Shown here piece after piece: positions 1-10,093 of a stretch of 64,000 nt of DNA. The notes beneath the pieces were generated by a model. The model was given only the letters and a program-made list of their open reading frames with translations, did no database searches and was not told the DNA's origin. This DNA is from Candidatus Woesebacteria bacterium RBG_16_42_24 (lineage in GTDB: Bacteria > Patescibacteriota > Microgenomatia > UBA8517): NCBI GenBank assembly GCA_001792115.1, contig MGFX01000001.1:304705-368704 (forward strand), read 5' to 3'. The position numbers and the translations under genes are program-made. Position 1 is the stretch's first letter. Each line of letters opens with the position of its first letter.

Positions 1-7
1 AAATAAT

Positions 8-373
8 ATGGCAGAAAAAAGCAAAGTAAAATTAGGAAAAGTTTATATTTCTGCTTCGTTTAACAACACATTGGTGACGGTTACAGATGAAAAGGGAGAC
101 ACGGTTTCTTGGGGGTCATCTGGTTCGGTTGGGTTTAAAGGGACGAGAAAGTCGACCCCATTCGCGGCGACAACCGCAGTTGAAAAGGTAATCAAGAAGG
201 CAAAAGATGAAGATGGAATTGAGGATGTAGAAATATATGTTAAGGGTCCTGGACCCGGGAGGGACGCTGCCTTAAGGGCAATCCGCGCAAGTGGTGTAAA
301 AATTTCGCTCATTGCAGATGTCACGCCCATGCCCCATAACGGTCCCAGGCCCAAAAAGAAAAGGAGAGTATGA
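8..373 (+). CDS. rpsK: 30S ribosomal protein S11
   Basis: [43 protein letters not shown] motifs; alpha-operon context. Confidence 0.98.
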   Translation: MAEKSKVKLGKVYISASFNNTLVTVTDEKGDTVSWGSSGSVGFKGTRKSTPFAATTAVEKVIKKAKDEDGIEDVEIYVKGPGPGRDAALRAIRASGVKISLIADVTPMPHNGPRPKKKRRV

Positions 374-375
374 GA

Positions 376-488
376 ACCAATTTTCCAATTTCCAATCGCC
401 AATTTCCAGTTAATTTTGAATTTAATAATTTTAAATTTGAGAACTCGATAATTATTTGGAATTTGGAAACTGGAGATTGGAGATTTTA
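376..488. repeat. Heptamer-repeat inverted array (CCAATTT-type / TTGGAAT-type) forming a long imperfect hairpin between rpsK and rpsD
   Basis: ccaattttccaatttccaatcgccaatttcca ... tttggaatttggaaactggagattggagatttt. Confidence 0.75.
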
Positions 489-493
489 GAACC

Positions 494-1093
494 ATGGCAA
501 GATATACAGGACCAAAAGACAGATTATCCCGAAGAGAAGGTTTTGATTTGTATGGAGCTGGAGCAAAACTGACCCGGTTGATGGTACCGCCGGGGATGCA
601 CGGACCCAAGGGAGTTTCCACCCCATCACAATATGGAAGACAGCTTAGGGAGAAACAAAAAGTGAAAAGATTTTACGGGATAATGGAGAGACAATTTAAA
701 AAATATGTTACTCAAGCTCTTAAAACTAGAGGAAACACCGGAGAAAAATTGCTTTCGATTTTGGAAAGAAGACTCGACAATGTCGTTTTTAGATTAGGGT
801 TTGCCCCTTCACGGCCTTCTGCGAGACAGCTGGTTTCTCATGGCCACGTTTTAGTGTCGGGCAAAAGGGTAAATGTGCCTTCATATCAACTCTGCCCTGG
901 AGATACGGTTTCCCTTTCGGGGAAGGCCATAAATATTCCCGGGGTAAAGGCGGTTTTGGAGAAGAAGGATTTCAAGATTCCTTCATGGTTGGAGAAGAAG
1001 GCGGTGGTAGGCAGAATGAATAGGGAGCCAAAAATTGAAGACGTTGCCGAACCCATTTCAGTTACCGACATAGTAGAATTCTACTCTCGCTAG
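494..1093 (+). CDS. rpsD: 30S ribosomal protein S4
   Basis: MARYTGP, YGRQLREKQK, LERRLDNVVFRLG, ARQLVSHGH, IVEFYSR. Confidence 0.98.
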   Translation: MARYTGPKDRLSRREGFDLYGAGAKLTRLMVPPGMHGPKGVSTPSQYGRQLREKQKVKRFYGIMERQFKKYVTQALKTRGNTGEKLLSILERRLDNVVFRLGFAPSRPSARQLVSHGHVLVSGKRVNVPSYQLCPGDTVSLSGKAINIPGVKAVLEKKDFKIPSWLEKKAVVGRMNREPKIEDVAEPISVTDIVEFYSR

Positions 1094-1208
1094 CGCGTGA
1101 GTAGAAAATGCCTAATTACTAATTTCTAATGACTAAAATGTATCAAAATATTAAATTTTCAAATTTCAAAATTCCCCGCCACAGGCGGGGCCAGGGAGGT
1201 GACTAAAA

Positions 1209-2132
1209 TTGAACGAACCAATGTTCAGTGTTGAACAAGAAAGTAAGAAAGATAATTATGGACGATTTATTGTTTCCCCTTTGGAACAAGGGTACGGAGC
1301 GACATTGGGGACTTCCCTTAGGCGCGTACTTTTAACTTCTCTTCCGGGGGCTGCCGTAACATCGGTGCGAATTTCGGGAGTGAAACATCAATTCTCTACC
1401 CTTAAGGGAATGAGGGAGGATATTGTTGAGTTTTTGTTAAATCTAAAAAAAGTCAGATTTTCCTATGATGGGGAGGAAGCGGCTCGCGGCACGATTTCGG
1501 TAAAAAGTGCCGGAGAGGTAAAAGCCAAAGATATAAAAGTTCCCGCGACGGTTAAGATAGCAAACCCAGAGTTGGTACTCGCAAATTTGGATAAGGGAGG
1601 GAAGATTGACGCCGAAATAACTATAGAGAAAGGTGCAGGATATTCTCTTGCGGAAGAGCGAGCGACTGGCGAGATTGGACTAATTCCACTTGACGCCTCG
1701 TTCTCGCCCATTACCAGGGTCAATTACAGAGTTGAAGAAACTCGTGTTGGAAGGTTGACCAACTACGACAAATTAATTTTAGAGATAACAACTGATTCTA
1801 CAATAAATCCTAAAGAAGCACTTATTTTGGCTGCGAAAACTCTACTTTCATACTATAACCAAATAGTTAGTCCTAAGAAGGTGGCAAAAACCGAGGAGGC
1901 AAAGGTCGATAATCTAGGAGTGGTTGGAAATCTTTCAGTCGAGGAGATAGGTCTTCCTACAAGAGTTGCCAATGCATTAGTCAGAGCAGGCTACGAGACA
2001 GTCGAGAATCTGGTTAAAGCAAAGAAAGAGGATCTTATCAAAGTCAGAAACTTGGGAGACAAGTCTCTTAAGATTATTGCTCTCGCACTCGCAGATCGCG
2101 AAGTCAAATTTCCCATGGAGGAGGAAAGTTAA
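1209..2132 (+). CDS. rpoA: RNA polymerase alpha subunit (TTG start)
   Basis: PLEQGYGATLGTSLRRVLL, LDASFSPI, alpha-CTD ...RNLGDKSL; SD GGGAGGTGA just upstream. Confidence 0.98.
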   Translation: MNEPMFSVEQESKKDNYGRFIVSPLEQGYGATLGTSLRRVLLTSLPGAAVTSVRISGVKHQFSTLKGMREDIVEFLLNLKKVRFSYDGEEAARGTISVKSAGEVKAKDIKVPATVKIANPELVLANLDKGGKIDAEITIEKGAGYSLAEERATGEIGLIPLDASFSPITRVNYRVEETRVGRLTNYDKLILEITTDSTINPKEALILAAKTLLSYYNQIVSPKKVAKTEEAKVDNLGVVGNLSVEEIGLPTRVANALVRAGYETVENLVKAKKEDLIKVRNLGDKSLKIIALALADREVKFPMEEES

Positions 2133-2582
2133 GTGAAAAAGAGAGTGTTCGGAAGAAAACTATCCAGAGGGGGTGGGGCAAGGAAGGCGCTGTTTGCTTC
2201 TCTAACTCGCGCTCTAGTAATTAGTGGTAAAATCGAGACCACAAAAGCCAAGGCAAAAGCTTTTGTTCCGGAGGCCGAGAGACTTGTGACTTTGGCTAAA
2301 AATGGAGATTCTACCAGAATTTCAGCTTTTTTTGGCAACGATAGGAAAATAACTCACGATTTCACCAATTTAGTTCGGCAATTTAGTCGAAAATCTGGAT
2401 TTACCAGGATGGTAAATCTCCCGAATAGGGTGGGAGATTTTGCCGAAATGGTTAGAGTCGAGTGGGTGGAAAATATAGTCAAAAGTGAGAAGGATGATAG
2501 TAAAAAGTTAACAAAGAAGCCCAAAGAAGGAAAACCCGAAAAGGTCGCGGTAAAAGAGACGAAAACAAAAAAAGTTAAGTAG
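2133..2582 (+). CDS. rplQ: 50S ribosomal protein L17 with Lys-rich C-terminal tail
   Basis: GRKLSR, KIETTKAKAK, SGFTRM, R.GD.AEM; follows rpoA. Confidence 0.95.
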   Translation: MKKRVFGRKLSRGGGARKALFASLTRALVISGKIETTKAKAKAFVPEAERLVTLAKNGDSTRISAFFGNDRKITHDFTNLVRQFSRKSGFTRMVNLPNRVGDFAEMVRVEWVENIVKSEKDDSKKLTKKPKEGKPEKVAVKETKTKKVK

Positions 2583-2586
2583 AAAT

Positions 2587-3024
2587 ATGAAGACTTATCA
2601 ACCAAAAGTTAAAGAAATAAAAAGGTCGTGGCAATTGCTTGATGCCAAAGATGAGATTTTGGGGAGACTTGCAACCAAAGCGGCAACTTTTCTTATGGGG
2701 AAAAATAAAGTAACATACTCTCCACACTTAGATAGCGGTGATTATGTAGTCATAGTTAATGCTGAGAAAATTGAGCTTAGCGGAAGGAAGAAGACCCAAA
2801 AAGTTTATCGAGGACACTCCGGTTATCCTGGGGGATTTAAGGAAGTCGCCTTTGCCAAACTCTCAAAGGAAAACCCAGCCAGGGTGGTTGAGCATGCAAT
2901 TGCCGGAATGCTTCCTGCGAATAGACTTAGAGGACCGAGACTTAAAAGATTAAAAATTATAGTTGGGGATAAAAATCCATACGTAGATAAGTTCAAAACT
3001 CAAAATTCAAAACTCAAAATTTAA
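2587..3024 (+). CDS. rplM: 50S ribosomal protein L13
   Basis: LGRLAT, YSPHLDSGDYVVIVNAEK, HSGYPGG. Confidence 0.98.
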   Translation: MKTYQPKVKEIKRSWQLLDAKDEILGRLATKAATFLMGKNKVTYSPHLDSGDYVVIVNAEKIELSGRKKTQKVYRGHSGYPGGFKEVAFAKLSKENPARVVEHAIAGMLPANRLRGPRLKRLKIIVGDKNPYVDKFKTQNSKLKI

Positions 3025-3028
3025 TAAT

Positions 3029-3439
3029 ATGCCGAAAACAAAAAAGGAAAATTTTACATACGCGGTAGGAAGGCGCAAAAGCGCCGCTGCCCGCGTCAGA
3101 ATATTTAAAGGTACGGGGGAGACCCAAGTCAACGGAATTCCAATCGCCGAATATTTTCCTGGAGAAGTCTCAAAATCAGTCTGGCAGAAGCCGTTTGAAT
3201 TGACTCAGACTTGGGGGAAATACTACGCAACTGTAAAAGCGGTGGGTGGGGGAAAAGGTGGGCAAGTGGAAGCGGTAGCCAATGCTTTGGCAAAAGCGCT
3301 AGTTCTTATTAATAGGCAAGATTATAAATCACCCTTAAAGAAAGCCGGGCTTTTGACTCGGGATGCAAGGGAAAGGCAAAGGAGAATGGTTGGAACCGGT
3401 GGAAAAGCAAGGCGAGCGAAGCAATCTCCAAAGCGGTGA
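3029..3439 (+). CDS. rpsI: 30S ribosomal protein S9
   Basis: GRRKSAAARV, GGGKGGQ, LLTRDARE, QSPKR. Confidence 0.98.
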   Translation: MPKTKKENFTYAVGRRKSAAARVRIFKGTGETQVNGIPIAEYFPGEVSKSVWQKPFELTQTWGKYYATVKAVGGGKGGQVEAVANALAKALVLINRQDYKSPLKKAGLLTRDARERQRRMVGTGGKARRAKQSPKR

Positions 3440-4479
3440 TGACGGCTAACGATTATCTAAAAAAATACTCCAAGGAGGCTGACAGATTTCTCAATAGTTT
3501 TTTTCTAAAAAAAAGAAGACTAGCGGGTAGAATTGATCCTGATTTAGTCAACATACTTCAAGTTTTTCAGGATTACACGAAAGGAGGAAAAAAGGTCCGT
3601 GGGGCTTTAACCGTTCTTGGTTACCAAGCTTGTGGGGGAAAAGATATAAAAGCGATTCTTCCCGTTTCCTGCGGAATTGAGCTTTTTCATAATTTCCTTC
3701 TAATTCATGACGACATAATCGATAGAGACAAAGAAAGACGGGGCAAGCTCACCGTTCACACGCACTTTGCTGCAAAAAGAGGCGAGCACTACGGGAATTC
3801 TAAGGCAATAATAGTGGGTGACGTTGGGGCTTTCTTGGCCTATGAGCTCATTTTATCCTCAGGTTTTTCTAAGGAGAGAACGCTAAGGGCTGTCGCAAAA
3901 CTCAATGAATTTTTATTAAAAACCGGCTACGGACAACTTTTAGACATAGACTACGATTTTAAGAAGAATATAAGTTGGGACGATATACTAAAAGTCCGGA
4001 CATATAAGACTGCTTATTACACAATTACGATGCCTTTAAGCGTCGGCGCGATACTTGCCGGGGCAAAATTAGAAGTGTTAAATAATATAGAGAAATACAG
4101 TATTCCAGTTGGCCTTGCTTTTCAGCTGGCTGACGATATTTTGGGAGTATTCGGTTCAATCGAAAAAACTGGAAAAAGTAACACCTCAGACATTAGTGAA
4201 GGTAAAAAGACATTCCTCTATGCAAAAAGTTTAGAATTGGCAAATGCCGAAGATAAAAATTTTTTACAAAGATGGTATGGGGTGAAAGATGCCAATGAGT
4301 CAAGGGTGAGGCGGATTAGAGAGATAATGGGTTTTTGCGGCGCACAAGAGTATTCACAAAATCTTGCATATGATTTGGTCAAAAAAGGGAAAAAATATGT
4401 GGCTATGATTACGAAAGTAAGGAAATACCAAGAACTCTTGGAAAGTTTGGCAGATTATGTAGTTAATAGGGAAAAGTAG
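3436..4479 (+). CDS. Polyprenyl diphosphate synthase (IdsA/GGPPS-like)
   Basis: GGKKVRG, FARM HDDIID..RRG, KTAYYT, SARM FQLADDILG, DISEGKKT. Confidence 0.93.
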   Translation: MMTANDYLKKYSKEADRFLNSFFLKKRRLAGRIDPDLVNILQVFQDYTKGGKKVRGALTVLGYQACGGKDIKAILPVSCGIELFHNFLLIHDDIIDRDKERRGKLTVHTHFAAKRGEHYGNSKAIIVGDVGAFLAYELILSSGFSKERTLRAVAKLNEFLLKTGYGQLLDIDYDFKKNISWDDILKVRTYKTAYYTITMPLSVGAILAGAKLEVLNNIEKYSIPVGLAFQLADDILGVFGSIEKTGKSNTSDISEGKKTFLYAKSLELANAEDKNFLQRWYGVKDANESRVRRIREIMGFCGAQEYSQNLAYDLVKKGKKYVAMITKVRKYQELLESLADYVVNREK

Positions 4480-4486
4480 CTGAAGT

Positions 4487-5209
4487 TTAGGGGAAAATTA
4501 GGAATTTCAAACCAATTAAGAGTAAAAACATTGAAATTACCGTTCTGAATTTTGCTTGAGGAATTCTGTTTACTATTTTTTTTGCAATCCAAGCCCCCAA
4601 GAAAGAAGCGGGAATAAAAGCAAGAAGACCCAAGGTAAGAGAGTGATTGATTCTTACTCCCCCCAGAAAATAGGTGCTTATGCGGGAAGCATCAATTGCA
4701 AAACCAGTGAGTCCCGAAATAAAAATATAAGCAGATTTGGGTAGGTTAAAGGCCGTTAAAACAACACTCCTTAAGGCCCCGCCACCTACTCCAGAAATTC
4801 CTCCCAAAAAACCTGATCCGGCTCCCCCGATCCCAGCCGTTAACATATTATCTTTAAGTTTGAAATCTGGCTTGAAAAATAAATAGACAATATAGACCAA
4901 AAGGATTAGTCCGACAAATCTGGAAAGAAGCACTTCGGGAAGGGTAAGTGCCATTCGCGCCCCGATATAAGCCATAATAATCCCGGGAAGGGCAAAGAAG
5001 AAGAGAAGTTTTGCATCAAATCCGTGTTTGAAAAAATACATTTTCCAAATGTCCCCGAACCAGTGAATAACTCCTACAAGAAGAAGCGTCTCTGGCAAGG
5101 GGAGAAAAAGTAGAACCACAGGAACCATGATGGTTGAAATTCCAAACCCGGTAATTGTTCCCACGATTCCGGCAAGGAATGTAAGGACAGTGAGAAATAA
5201 GATTTCCAT
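4487..5209 (-). CDS. TauE/SafE (TSUP) family membrane protein
   Basis: GTITGFG, GFLGGISGVGGG, many hydrophobic helices. Confidence 0.85.
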   Translation of the reverse strand: MEILFLTVLTFLAGIVGTITGFGISTIMVPVVLLFLPLPETLLLVGVIHWFGDIWKMYFFKHGFDAKLLFFFALPGIIMAYIGARMALTLPEVLLSRFVGLILLVYIVYLFFKPDFKLKDNMLTAGIGGAGSGFLGGISGVGGGALRSVVLTAFNLPKSAYIFISGLTGFAIDASRISTYFLGGVRINHSLTLGLLAFIPASFLGAWIAKKIVNRIPQAKFRTVISMFLLLIGLKFLIFP

Positions 5210-5244
5210 TTATTAGGGTCTCTTGATGACATCCTCCCCGCGAG

Positions 5245-5312
5245 GATGACATATCAGCGTTCAATTCATTTCCAGGCCCAGAGCCTGGAGTTTTCTTGAA
5301 TGCTGTTATAAA
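5245..5312 (-). repeat. Structured repeat element copy 1 (IS200/IS605-end-like / MITE-like)
   Basis: Minus strand TTTATAACAGCATTCAAGAAAAC-[TCCAGGCTCTGGGCCTGGAA]-ATGAATTGAACGCTGATATGTCATC; flanks match 27885-27948. Confidence 0.85.
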
Positions 5313-5325
5313 ATATACCAGAATT

Positions 5326-5396
5326 CGGGGTGTAGTTTAACGGCAGAATGCGCGGCTGGGGGTCGTGCGGTCTGGGTTCAATTCCCAGCACCCCGA
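5326..5396 (+). tRNA. tRNA-Pro(GGG), CCA not encoded
   Basis: Acceptor CGGGGTG/CACCCCG, anticodon arm CGCGG-CTGGGGG-TCGTG, T arm CTGGG-TTCAATT-CCCAG. Confidence 0.93.
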
Positions 5397-5438
5397 CATA
5401 GAAAGAAAGCTAAACCGTAAAAGGTTTGAGGGTGTAGC
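5394..5438 (+). repeat. Direct repeat copy A overlapping the tRNA-Pro 3' end (att-like)
   Basis: CGACATAGAAAGAAAGCTAAACCGTAAAAGGTTTGAGGGTGTAGC, near-identical to 6915-6960. Confidence 0.85.
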
Positions 5439-5439
5439 T

Positions 5440-5635
5440 TTGAGTAATTACCGCTTCGTAGAGCAAAACTATTACCTCGCATTGCTTGATAATGATTTAC
5501 TCTTCTTTTACGCTCAATCGCTAAGTTACCACAAATTGTATTTATCTGCCCTTTTGTAGATTCTGGAATCCTTGTAGAAGGGTCGCTTGAAACTTTCGGC
5601 TGATTATCTAATTCATTCGGCTGGTCATTATCCAT
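5440..5635 (-). pseudogene. Probable gene remnant (MDNDQPNELDNQPKVSSDP...)
   Basis: Extended -10 TGATATACT a few nt before the ATG; the reading frame runs on into the repeat and tRNA with no recognisable domain. Confidence 0.3.
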
Positions 5636-5674
5636 GACCTTAGTATATCAATATCCTGAAAGTCGTTAGGTTAA

Positions 5675-6262
5675 TTACTTTGAAGGAAAAATATCATCTG
5701 AGGTATTGTATTCGCCATCGGGGCCTAAACTTCTAAGTTCATACGATTGTCCATCATCAGAAACCTTGTAGTAAAATGGCTTCATATAGTGGTCTGAGGG
5801 AAACACAGTATATCCATCCTTTGATAGTTCCTCTAGAGTTTGAGGATAAGTCCCATTTTTCTTTTTGTATAGCTCCAAATACCCAGCATTTTGAGTCAAA
5901 ATTTGTTCGCTCGCTTGCTTTTTGGGTGCGTCAAATGGTCCCCCCTTTGCAACAAAACCAAAATAGAATAGTGAACCATACATAACAATGCTAAATAAAA
6001 TACCTAGAACTCCTAAAATTATTCCAGCAATTGCTAATTTTTTACCACCAACACCACCCTTTTTTATTTTTGAAAGTCCAATGGCTCCCAAAATAATAGC
6101 AATTATTCCCGTAAGAACACCCAGTAATGGCATGAATGATACTAGTCCTAGTATAAAACTAGCAATCGCTAATCCAGATTTAGGAAGTTTTTCTGGTTGT
6201 TGGGACACTAATGGTTGATTTTGAGGAGTTACCACTGGTTGAGTACTTGTGTCAATTGTCAT
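5675..6262 (-). CDS. DUF4190-type membrane protein fused to a GspG/pseudopilin-like C-terminal domain
   Basis: GLAIASFILG..., GKKLAIAGIILG (DUF4190-like); YKKKNGTYPQTLEEL...YELRSLGPDGEYNTSDDI (T2SS-G-like). Confidence 0.8.
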   Translation of the reverse strand: MTIDTSTQPVVTPQNQPLVSQQPEKLPKSGLAIASFILGLVSFMPLLGVLTGIIAIILGAIGLSKIKKGGVGGKKLAIAGIILGVLGILFSIVMYGSLFYFGFVAKGGPFDAPKKQASEQILTQNAGYLELYKKKNGTYPQTLEELSKDGYTVFPSDHYMKPFYYKVSDDGQSYELRSLGPDGEYNTSDDIFPSK

Positions 6263-6369
6263 ATTTCATTAGGTAAATAATTACTACTATTTTAGTAAAT
6301 CAAATTCATAAACATAATGCAACAGATTTCCATTATTGAAATCAGATCAATCCTGAAATCGTTAAGCTT

Positions 6370-6771
6370 AAAAAAAGTTAGAGTTTAACTTTTTATCAAT
6401 TGTCTAGAACTTATAGACTTTTTAACTTTAACTTACTAGGTACTTAGACTATTTGGAATTCAAACAGATTTAAGTACCTTTGTGTACTTTCACCCCATAC
6501 TTAATAGGTATTAATATAGCTCAACTACCTACTTCCTTAAATTACTTGGCTTTTTTAATTCCTCGTTTAAGTCAATTCTATTACCTTGATTGTCTGTAAT
6601 ACTGGTTGCGTTTTGCTCGGCTTCTGGGGATTTGGTATCTACCGACTGCAGTTCACTCATGAGTTGAGTTAATGCCTGAACTGTGTTTTGGTCAACATTT
6701 GAAATTACACTTTGTTCGTTTGTGGCGTTTTATTGCTGTTGAGTTACAATTTGCTGATTATCAGTAGACAT
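6370..6771 (-). pseudogene. Degraded ORF (MSTDNQQIVTQQQ*NATNEQSVISNVDQ...)
   Basis: Protein-like Gln/Asn-rich frame interrupted by in-frame stops; end coordinate approximate. Confidence 0.4.
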
Positions 6772-6914
6772 AATTGATTGTATTATGGCGGATTTGATCT
6801 GGATTTTGTATCGGTTCAGAGGTCAAAAGTCGTGTATCAAAGGTGTCTGGTTGCCAGTGTGTTAAAATTGATTGCACAAGAGGCGATAAATGTTCAAACT
6901 TTGTCGCTTCTTCG

Positions 6915-6960
6915 CGACATAGAAAGAAAGCTAAAGCGGTAAAAGGTTTGAGGGTATAGC
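6915..6960 (+). repeat. Direct repeat copy B (att-like)
   Basis: CGACATAGAAAGAAAGCTAAAGCGGTAAAAGGTTTGAGGGTATAGC. Confidence 0.85.
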
Positions 6961-6985
6961 ATACTGTATAGTGTAATACTAGCTT

Positions 6986-7999
6986 ATGAAAAGAGGATCC
7001 GTGCCTGCCGTTACCGCAATTTTTCTTATTTTTCCTCTCCTTCTAATTGGCTGGTTGGTGCTACGCTCAGGCAGAATGTCTGGTTTCTTGAGGAGGTGGA
7101 GACAGAGGCAAACCCAACCCACACCTGCAATCAGCCCCAAACCCGGCGAGGGTCAATTTGACAAAACGGAAAATATAGAAACATTAAAAGACATTACCTA
7201 TCGCACAGTCGACGGACAAACGCTCACCTTCGACATTTGCCGGCCCAAAGGATTGAGTAGCAAACGGCCTGCCATCATTCTCACCCATGGCGGCGGTTTT
7301 CGCACCGGTTCCAAGTACTCTCTCTACCCCGAATGTCAAGATTTGGCCAAGTTGGGATATATTGCCTTTACCCTTGACTACCGCTTAGCGCCAAAGTACC
7401 CGTATCCTGTTCAAATCGACGACGTTCAGTATGCAGTGCGCTTTATCAAGGCCAATGCCGACAAGTACCTGATAGACTCTTCGCGTCTGGGTTCGCTCGG
7501 CGGCTCAGCCGGAGGGTATTTAGCCAGCATTTTAGGATTGATGGACACGCGTGATCCCAGCCAAGGATTATCCAACTTTAGCAGCAAGGTGCAGGTGGTA
7601 GTTAACCGTTTTGGAGTACCCATGGACATGGCCGATCCAAATTTGGTCAGGAGTGACGCTCAAACCGCCGCGTTCCAGGAGGAGATCCTGGGGGATTGGC
7701 TTAAAGGGTACGAAATAACCGATGCTTTATACAAAGAGATTTCTGCTGTTACCTACGCATCTTACGACGATGCACCAATGTTCGCGCTCTATAGCGTCAA
7801 TGACCAATTGGCGCTGCAGTCGCAAGGTCAACGCATTGTTGATGCCCTTAAAAAAGTGGGGGTAGCGGCAGAATTTGAGCCTTTTAATGGTAAAGGCCGT
7901 GGACACGGCTACGACAACGCCGCTCCGGCTGAAAAAACACGCATCTGGAATCTACAGATGGAATTTTTGCGCCGGTATTTACCCCCTATACAATCTTGA
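6986..7999 (+). CDS. Membrane-anchored alpha/beta hydrolase (HSL-like esterase)
   Basis: N-terminal TM helix; HGGGF oxyanion motif, DYRLAP, GGSAGG nucleophile elbow, D and GHG of the triad. Confidence 0.92.
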   Translation: MKRGSVPAVTAIFLIFPLLLIGWLVLRSGRMSGFLRRWRQRQTQPTPAISPKPGEGQFDKTENIETLKDITYRTVDGQTLTFDICRPKGLSSKRPAIILTHGGGFRTGSKYSLYPECQDLAKLGYIAFTLDYRLAPKYPYPVQIDDVQYAVRFIKANADKYLIDSSRLGSLGGSAGGYLASILGLMDTRDPSQGLSNFSSKVQVVVNRFGVPMDMADPNLVRSDAQTAAFQEEILGDWLKGYEITDALYKEISAVTYASYDDAPMFALYSVNDQLALQSQGQRIVDALKKVGVAAEFEPFNGKGRGHGYDNAAPAEKTRIWNLQMEFLRRYLPPIQS

Positions 8000-8064
8000 A
8001 GAGGAAATCGTAACTGGGGTTTTCCTCTTGCAATTTTTCCTCGGAAGTTGTACAAGATAGCGCA

Positions 8065-9156
8065 ATGGCAAAGAGGAAAAAAGTTGAGACCAAAGCTCCG
8101 GTTCAAAAATCCGAAGGATCTTCGCAAAAACTTCAGGCGATAAGGCTCGCTATGGAGCAGATTGAGAAGCAGTATGGTCGGGGTTCAATTATGAGGCTTG
8201 GTGAGCGGGGAGACGCTCGACTCAAAATTGAAGTAATTCCAACCGGATCAATCGCGCTTGATTTGGCACTAGGAGTTGGGGGATTTCCCAGAGGACGCAT
8301 CGTTGAAATATATGGACCAGAAGCCTCAGGGAAAACAACAATTGCTCTTTCCGCTATTGCCGAGGCTCAAAGAAAAGGAGGCCAGGCAGCATTCGTTGAC
8401 GCCGAGCACGCTCTTGACCCGGCTTGGGCGGAGAAAATTGGAGTGAACCTTGACGATCTTTTAATGTCCCAGCCCGATACAGGCGAGCAGGCTTTGGAAA
8501 TTACGGAAACCTTAATCCGCTCGGGGGCTCTTGACGTAATTGTCGTTGACTCGGTTGCCGCCCTTGTCCCCAGGGCGGAGCTTGAGGGGGAGATGGGAGA
8601 CGCGGTGATGGGGATGCAGGCGAGACTTATGAGTCAGGCTTTAAGAAAACTTACGGGGGCAATTTCTAAGTCCAAAACGGTTCTAATATTCACTAACCAA
8701 TTAAGACAAAAAATCGGAGTTATGTTTGGGAATCCGGAAACGACACCGGGTGGATTGGCGTTAAAGTTTTATTCATCCATTAGACTCGATATAAGAAGAA
8801 TTGAAGTACTAAAAGACGGTGAAGCAGCGATTGGCTCGAGACATAGGGTGCGAGTTGTTAAAAATAAGGTAGCACCTCCTCTAAAGATAGCGGAACTTGA
8901 TATTATGGCCGATAAGGGAATTTCTCGCTCCGGCGGACTTTTAGACGTTGCGGTTGAATTGGGCTTGATGAGTAAAAGCGGATCATTCTTTAATTTTGAT
9001 GGGAAACCTTTGGCTCAGGGAAGAGAAGGAGCAAAAGCTTTTATTGAGGAACACACAAAATTTGCGGAAGAGATAGATAAAAAAATCCGCGATATGGTAG
9101 CCTCTGGGATAAAGCTTCCGAAAGAAATCGGCGAAGCCGAGGGTAAAGATTCTTAA
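8065..9156 (+). CDS. recA: Recombinase A
   Basis: [44 protein letters not shown]. Confidence 0.99.
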   Translation: MAKRKKVETKAPVQKSEGSSQKLQAIRLAMEQIEKQYGRGSIMRLGERGDARLKIEVIPTGSIALDLALGVGGFPRGRIVEIYGPEASGKTTIALSAIAEAQRKGGQAAFVDAEHALDPAWAEKIGVNLDDLLMSQPDTGEQALEITETLIRSGALDVIVVDSVAALVPRAELEGEMGDAVMGMQARLMSQALRKLTGAISKSKTVLIFTNQLRQKIGVMFGNPETTPGGLALKFYSSIRLDIRRIEVLKDGEAAIGSRHRVRVVKNKVAPPLKIAELDIMADKGISRSGGLLDVAVELGLMSKSGSFFNFDGKPLAQGREGAKAFIEEHTKFAEEIDKKIRDMVASGIKLPKEIGEAEGKDS

Positions 9157-9208
9157 GTAGTTGTCTTTCACTTAATATCTTTATATCTTAATATCGTAGT
9201 ATCAAACG

Positions 9209-9832
9209 ATGCCTTCTATAACCGCTATTAAACCCCAAAAGAACGGCAGGAGAGTCAATATTTATTTGGACGGTAAATTCGGATTCGGGATAGACATTGA
9301 GAATTTTGTAAAACTTGGACTCAAGGTTGAACAAGAGCTTTCTGATACAGAAATTGAGGGAATAGTTAAAAAAGCGGAGTTTCTAAAGACGCTGGATAAG
9401 CTCTTAAGGTTCGGAACCTTAAGGCCAAGAAGCGAGAAAGAGCTAAAAGATTGGCTTAAAAGAAAGAAAGTGCACGAGAGTTTGACCGAGGAGCTCTTTA
9501 ATCGATTGAACCGATTGGATTTGGTGGACGATAAAAAATTTGCCGAGTGGTGGATTGACCAGAGACAGAATTTCCGTCCAAAAGCGAAAAGAATATTGAA
9601 TATGGAATTAAGAATGAAGGGGATTAGAAAGGAAATAGTTAAAGATGTTTTGGATAGGCTTAAAATTGATGAAGAGAAAATTGCGAGAGAGCTTCTTGAG
9701 AAAAAGTTATACCGTTGGAAGAATCTTCCGAAATTAGAGAAAAGACAGAAAATGGGACAGTTTTTGGCGAGAAAAGGATTTGGGTGGGAGATAATTTCTA
9801 AATTGATAAAAGATTTTTCTTTTGAAGAATGA
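9209..9832 (+). CDS. recX: Regulatory protein RecX
   Basis: RPRSEKEL, DDKKFAEWW, FLARKGF; directly after recA. Confidence 0.93.
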   Translation: MPSITAIKPQKNGRRVNIYLDGKFGFGIDIENFVKLGLKVEQELSDTEIEGIVKKAEFLKTLDKLLRFGTLRPRSEKELKDWLKRKKVHESLTEELFNRLNRLDLVDDKKFAEWWIDQRQNFRPKAKRILNMELRMKGIRKEIVKDVLDRLKIDEEKIARELLEKKLYRWKNLPKLEKRQKMGQFLARKGFGWEIISKLIKDFSFEE

Positions 9833-10064
9833 ATTCTGCTTGTTTTCTACTTACCCAAAAAGTTATTGTCCATTTCTTACTTGCCTAAGAAATGGACGAA
9901 AGAAGGGCACCCATTTAAATTATCCAGGTTTTCTTCGCTAAAGCTCATACTATACCGCTAAACTTAGCACTCGAGTGCTGCGGACAATAGCGGTATTACA
10001 AAAGAATTCGTTCAACTCATCAAAACTGGAAATTTATGGGGTTAGAATCAAACTTCAAATGCGT

Positions 10065-10093
10065 TTGACGATGAAAGGCAAAAATAGTAAAAT
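10065..10093 (+). promoter_or_regulatory. Sigma70-type promoter upstream of rny
   Basis: TTGACG-17 nt-TAAAAT. Confidence 0.7.

Noticed and set aside
376-488. CRISPR array or DGR in the short repeat tracts
   Set aside because: Units are 7-8 nt with no unique spacers; no cas or reverse transcriptase gene in the window
43-621. Long antisense ORFs over housekeeping genes (e.g. 43-621, 44876-45412, 51364-51828)
   Set aside because: Shadow frames of well-supported genes on the other strand
5365-5559. 64-aa ORF starting inside tRNA-Pro
   Set aside because: Overlaps the tRNA and repeat; no protein features
5640-6370. Integron attC sites (GTTAGGT at 5665, GTTAAGC at 6361)
   Set aside because: GTTRRRY cores are present, but I found no matching inverse core or L boxes, and no integrase
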